Source: Blepharisma stoltei ATCC 30299 (Eukaryota > Protista > Ciliophora). Taken from it: 64,000 nucleotides of DNA. Made by a program: the position numbers and the translations under genes. The notes under the pieces were generated by a model. The model did not search any database. It was not told the DNA's origin and worked only from the letters and a program-made list of their open reading frames with translations. Shown in pieces: positions 60,314 to 64,000 of the stretch; positions within the stretch are counted from its first letter, which is position 1; each line of letters opens with the position of its first letter. The DNA lies in the NCBI GenBank assembly GCA_965603825.1, contig CBFDEM010000042.1, forward strand, positions 1 to 64,000, written 5' to 3'.

Positions 60314-60776
60314 AGCAATTGAACTTGATCCAAGTGACTCTCTGCTTTTCTGCTATTGCACATATGCTCAATCATTTAAGACAAGAAACTGAAACAGAAT
60401 TTTACGAGTAAATTGGGGATCTGCAAACAAGAATCAAATGGCATAATAATTTTTATAAACTGAAATTTTTGCCAAAGACCTTCTCTTAAAGAAGCATAGG
60501 CTAATTTGTCTCAAATCCAGTTGACACTTTGCCTGATTCAGAGACCTTTCTGACCACGATGCTAAATTTGTACTTTTACAATCAAATAAATGACTAAAAA
60601 AAAGCAAATCCAAAGAGGAAACAAAGCAGCAACTATCACTTTCACTGCAGATCATACATTATTTTAAAAGTTAATACCCTTGAAGGAGAGCTTGAAAAAA
60701 ATGAATGTGAGAAGCTTAGATAAAGAAATGCTAAAATCTCATATAGATAGAACGCCTGCCATGCCAGGGACTAGCG
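60314..60776 (+). pseudogene. Decayed gene fragment X, copy 2
   Basis: Inverted homolog of 55030-55600, with multiple indels and stops. Confidence 0.6.
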
Positions 60777-61341
60777 TGTTTTTAAGTTTGCAGAGAAAAA
60801 TTTAAAAATTAGAAGACAAAAACTATTTGTAGAGCAAGAATTGAATGATATTTTGTTCTGATTTTAGAACTGGAGAAAGGCTTTGAAGCAAATCCTATCT
60901 TGAACGGGGTGCTGCTGCGAAATTTAGGACTCTTCTAAAAATGAGCTTCCATATTAATTTTAAAAACGGGAGTTGCTGCACTAAAAGTTCTTACACATTT
61001 ATAAATAAGATATTGTTAGAAATTATTATTTAAAAGGATTCACATATTTCAGGTGGAATCATTAGAAATCTTCTCCAATTTGACTCTCAAAACATTCATT
61101 GCATAAAAATTCTATAATTCATCAATTATTGTAATAAATCTATTTATTTTCTTCAAAATCAAAGGTTTATTTATAAAAATTTTCTCATGCATTTATTATC
61201 ATAGCTCAAAGCTTTCTGTTCAACATCAAAATTTATAAATTGATAAAAGACTTCCTCTGATTTATAGAATCTATAATAAGAATGAGACGATCGGCAAGCA
61301 CATATTTGATATTGAAAAAACCTGCATTATCATTGCATATA

Positions 61342-61720
61342 TAATTAGCAATTTTTCTGAAGAATGAAGAAATGAAGAAGCTGCTAATACAGCATGGAGA
61401 TAATGAAACAATTGGAAATTTAGTGCAGTCAGAGAAACAACCTTGAAAAACCATCTATGACTGTAAAATTTATAAAGGTGACGATTTATGCTGGATTGAA
61501 CAAAAAAATCAAGAAGGTAGAAGTAGGAGAAAAGATAGTAGTGATGAGGCTGTACAAAATAAACCTCTGATAAGAATAGCAGTTTTAATAATAGCTAACC
61601 ACTTATGAATAGGAGATGTTAGGGAAAGAAAACGTTTAAAATTTCAATTTTGTAACCTATACGGAGAAAATGGAATCAGGCTAATTCATATTTTTACGTA
61701 TTTTTATCTTTTAATTAGTG
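61342..61720 (+). pseudogene. Second truncated copy of the ankyrin gene 3' half and flank
   Basis: aattagcaatttttctgaagaatgaagaaatgaagaagctgcta... matches the reverse complement of ~4274-4686, with an internal deletion. It lies directly 3' of the third TPR gene, as the 55667 copy does for the second. Confidence 0.85.
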
Positions 61721-61898
61721 TAAATTTGTATTGTAAAAGTAATAAATTTGCTTTACTGTTATATTTAAAAAATCTATTTATTATATGCTCATAAAAACAT
61801 CTTTTAATGCTTGATAAGATTAAGCATTATAAATCTTTGCTTTATTAAGACAGTCCGTACCTTCTTCTCTTCTGCCTAACTTATCTAGAGCAGCTCCT

Positions 61899-64000
61899 TT
61901 ATTTGAATAATAAAGCGCACTTTTCATTTTTTGAGATAAGTGCTATGCCTTTGTGTGCATTAGCAGTATTTGGATCAATTCTAATAGCTTCTTTATAGCA
62001 TTCCAGAGCTTCTTCTCTCCTGCCTAACTCATATAGAGCAGCTCCTTTATTTGAATAATAAAGTGCACAGTTTGGGATGATTCTAATTGCATCGTTGTAA
62101 TGTTTTACTGCTTCTTCATATCTCTCTTCATTATAGAAAATATCTCCTATTTTATTGTATGTTTCAGCATCATTTGGATCGATTCTGATAGCTTCTTTAT
62201 AGCATTCCAGAGCTTCTTCTCTCCTACCTAACTCATCTAGAGCGTCTCCTTTATTTGAATAATAACTTGCACAGTTTGGGTTGATTCTAATTGCATCGCT
62301 AAAATATTTTATTGCTTCTTCATATCTATTTTCATTATAGAAGATATCTCCTATTTTATTGCATTGATAAGCATCATTTGGATCAATTCTGATAGCTTCT
62401 TGTAAGCATTCCAGAGCTTCTTCTCTCCTGCCTAACTCTCTAAGAGCAGCTCCTTTATTTGAATAATAAAGTGCTTTGTTTGGATTGATTCTAATTGCAT
62501 CGTTGTAATGTTTTACTGCTTCTTCATATCTCTTTTCATTATAGAAGATACCTCCTATTTGGTTGTATGCCGAAGCATCATTTGAATCAATTCTGATACC
62601 TTCTTTATAGCATTCCAGAGCTTCTTCTCTCTTGCCTAACAAACTAAGAGCAGCTCCTTTATTTGAATAATAAAGTGCTTTGTTTGGGTTGAATCTAATT
62701 GCATCTTTGTAATGTTTTACTGCTTCTTTATATCTCTTTTTATTATAAAAGATATCTCCTATTTGATTGTATGCCGAAGCATCATTTGGATCAATTCTGA
62801 TAGCTTCTTTATAGCATTCCAGAGCTTCTTCTCTTCTGCCTAACTTATCTAGAGCAGCTCCTTTATTTGAATAATAACTTGCACAGTTTGGGTTGATTCT
62901 ATTTGCATCGTTGTAATGTTTTACTGCTTCTCTATATCTCTTTTCATTATAGAAGATATCTCCTATTTCATTGTATGCCGAAGCATCATTTGGATCGATT
63001 CTTATAGCTTCTTGTAAGCATTCTAGAGCTTCTTCTCTTCTGCCTAACTTATCTAGAACATATCCTTTATTTGAATAATAAAGTGCTTTGTTTGGGTTGA
63101 TTCTAATTGCATCGTTGTAATGTTTTACTGCTTCTTCATATCTATTTTCATTATAGAAGATATCTCCTAATTGATTGTATGCCGAACCATCATTTAGATC
63201 GATTCTGATAGCTTCTTGTAAGCATTCCAGGGCTTCTTCTCCTCTACCTAACTCATCTAGAGCATCTCCTTTATTTAAATAATAAAGTGCTTTGCTTGGG
63301 TTGATTCTAATTGCATCGTTGTAATGTTTTACTGCTTCTTCATATCTCTTTTCATTATACAAGATGACTCCTATTTCATTGTATGGAGATGCATTATTTG
63401 GATCGATTCTGATAGCTTCTTGTAAGCATTCCAAAGCTTTTTCTCTCCTACCTAACTTATCTAGAGCAGCTCCTTTATTTGAATAATAAAGTGCACAGTT
63501 TGGGTTGATTCTAATTGCATCGTTGTAATGTATTACTGCTTCTGCATATCTCTTTTCATTATAGAAGATGACTCCTATTTCATTGTATGGAGATGCATTA
63601 TTTGGATCGATTCTGATAGCTTCTTGTAAGCATTCCAGAGCTTCTTCTCTCCTGCCTAACTTATCTAGAGCAGCTCCTTTATTTTTAAAAAATAATGCTT
63701 TGTTTGGGTTGATTCTGATTGCATCGTTGTAATGTTTTACTCCTTCTTCATATCTCTTTTCATTATAGAAGATGACTCCTATTTCATTGTATGCAGATGC
63801 ATTATTTGAATTGATTCTGATAACTTCTTTATAGCATTTCAGAGCTTCTTCTCTCCTGCCTAACTCATATAGAGCAGCTCTTTTATTTGAATAATAAAGT
63901 GCTTTGTTTGGATTGATTCTAATTGCATCGTTGTAATGTTTTACTGCTTCTTCATATCTCTTTTCATTATAGAAGATATCTCCTATTTGATTGTATGCCG
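61899..64000 (-). CDS. TPR-array protein, third paralog (5'-partial, >=20 TPR in window)
   Basis: The frame appears open from the window edge to TAA 61899; the ORF-track start at 63434 is only an internal TTG. Same 204-bp two-TPR unit. Confidence 0.9.
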   Translation of the reverse strand, partial: AYNQIGDIFYNEKRYEEAVKHYNDAIRINPNKALYYSNKRAALYELGRREEALKCYKEVIRINSNNASAYNEIGVIFYNEKRYEEGVKHYNDAIRINPNKALFFKNKGAALDKLGRREEALECLQEAIRIDPNNASPYNEIGVIFYNEKRYAEAVIHYNDAIRINPNCALYYSNKGAALDKLGRREKALECLQEAIRIDPNNASPYNEIGVILYNEKRYEEAVKHYNDAIRINPSKALYYLNKGDALDELGRGEEALECLQEAIRIDLNDGSAYNQLGDIFYNENRYEEAVKHYNDAIRINPNKALYYSNKGYVLDKLGRREEALECLQEAIRIDPNDASAYNEIGDIFYNEKRYREAVKHYNDANRINPNCASYYSNKGAALDKLGRREEALECYKEAIRIDPNDASAYNQIGDIFYNKKRYKEAVKHYKDAIRFNPNKALYYSNKGAALSLLGKREEALECYKEGIRIDSNDASAYNQIGGIFYNEKRYEEAVKHYNDAIRINPNKALYYSNKGAALRELGRREEALECLQEAIRIDPNDAYQCNKIGDIFYNENRYEEAIKYFSDAIRINPNCASYYSNKGDALDELGRREEALECYKEAIRIDPNDAETYNKIGDIFYNEERYEEAVKHYNDAIRIIPNCALYYSNKGAALYELGRREEALECYKEAIRIDPNTANAHKGIALISKNEKCALLFK

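Noticed and set aside
60434-61454. 73-aa minus-strand ORFs at 60434 and 61233
   Set aside because: They are antisense readings of the decayed duplicated fragments.
56270-64000. Regular repeats with variable intervening bases as a CRISPR-like array or satellite
   Set aside because: The period is 102/204 nt and in-frame coding for TPRs; the context is eukaryotic and there are no cas genes.
53640-64000. Autonomous transposon or retained IES explaining the duplications
   Set aside because: I could not identify a transposase or RT ORF, terminal inverted repeats or target-site duplications by eye. IES retention cannot be judged without reads.

Overview
This window is the left end of a heterotrich ciliate macronuclear chromosome, most consistent with Blepharisma. 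Three lines of evidence support this: a ~3.9 kb (CCCTAACA)n telomere, UGA read as Trp (TAA/TAG are the stops), and 15-nt spliceosomal introns. The supplied ORF track uses the wrong code and fragments many genes; I re-joined them by hand. From 4.4 to 53.6 kb the DNA is extremely gene-dense: an ankyrin protein with micro-introns, Mdm35/TRIAP1, an Aurora-like kinase, a patatin TAG lipase, CKS, a Rab, a CUE protein, an Ssn6/Cyc8-like TPR protein, a C2HC zinc finger, a pseudo-GTPase, CFAP69, a cNMP-binding protein, centrin, RPS28, PPIL4, Hsp10, three tandem ABCC transporters and tRNA-Leu(CAG). Two things stand out. (1) Three related tRNA-like Pol III genes share a U1-A72 UCAG(A/G)GG acceptor stem and C73 but have aberrant, mutually unrelated anticodon arms with ~10-nt loops; one contains U-UCA in a UGA=Trp organism. 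(2) From 54 kb onward is a cluster of Zn-finger/coiled-coil/TPR genes built of near-identical 204-bp units that vary mainly at ligand-groove positions. These genes are amplified as cassettes carrying captured fragments of other genes, including the 3' half of the subtelomeric ankyrin gene 51 kb away. All alignments and translations were done by eye.
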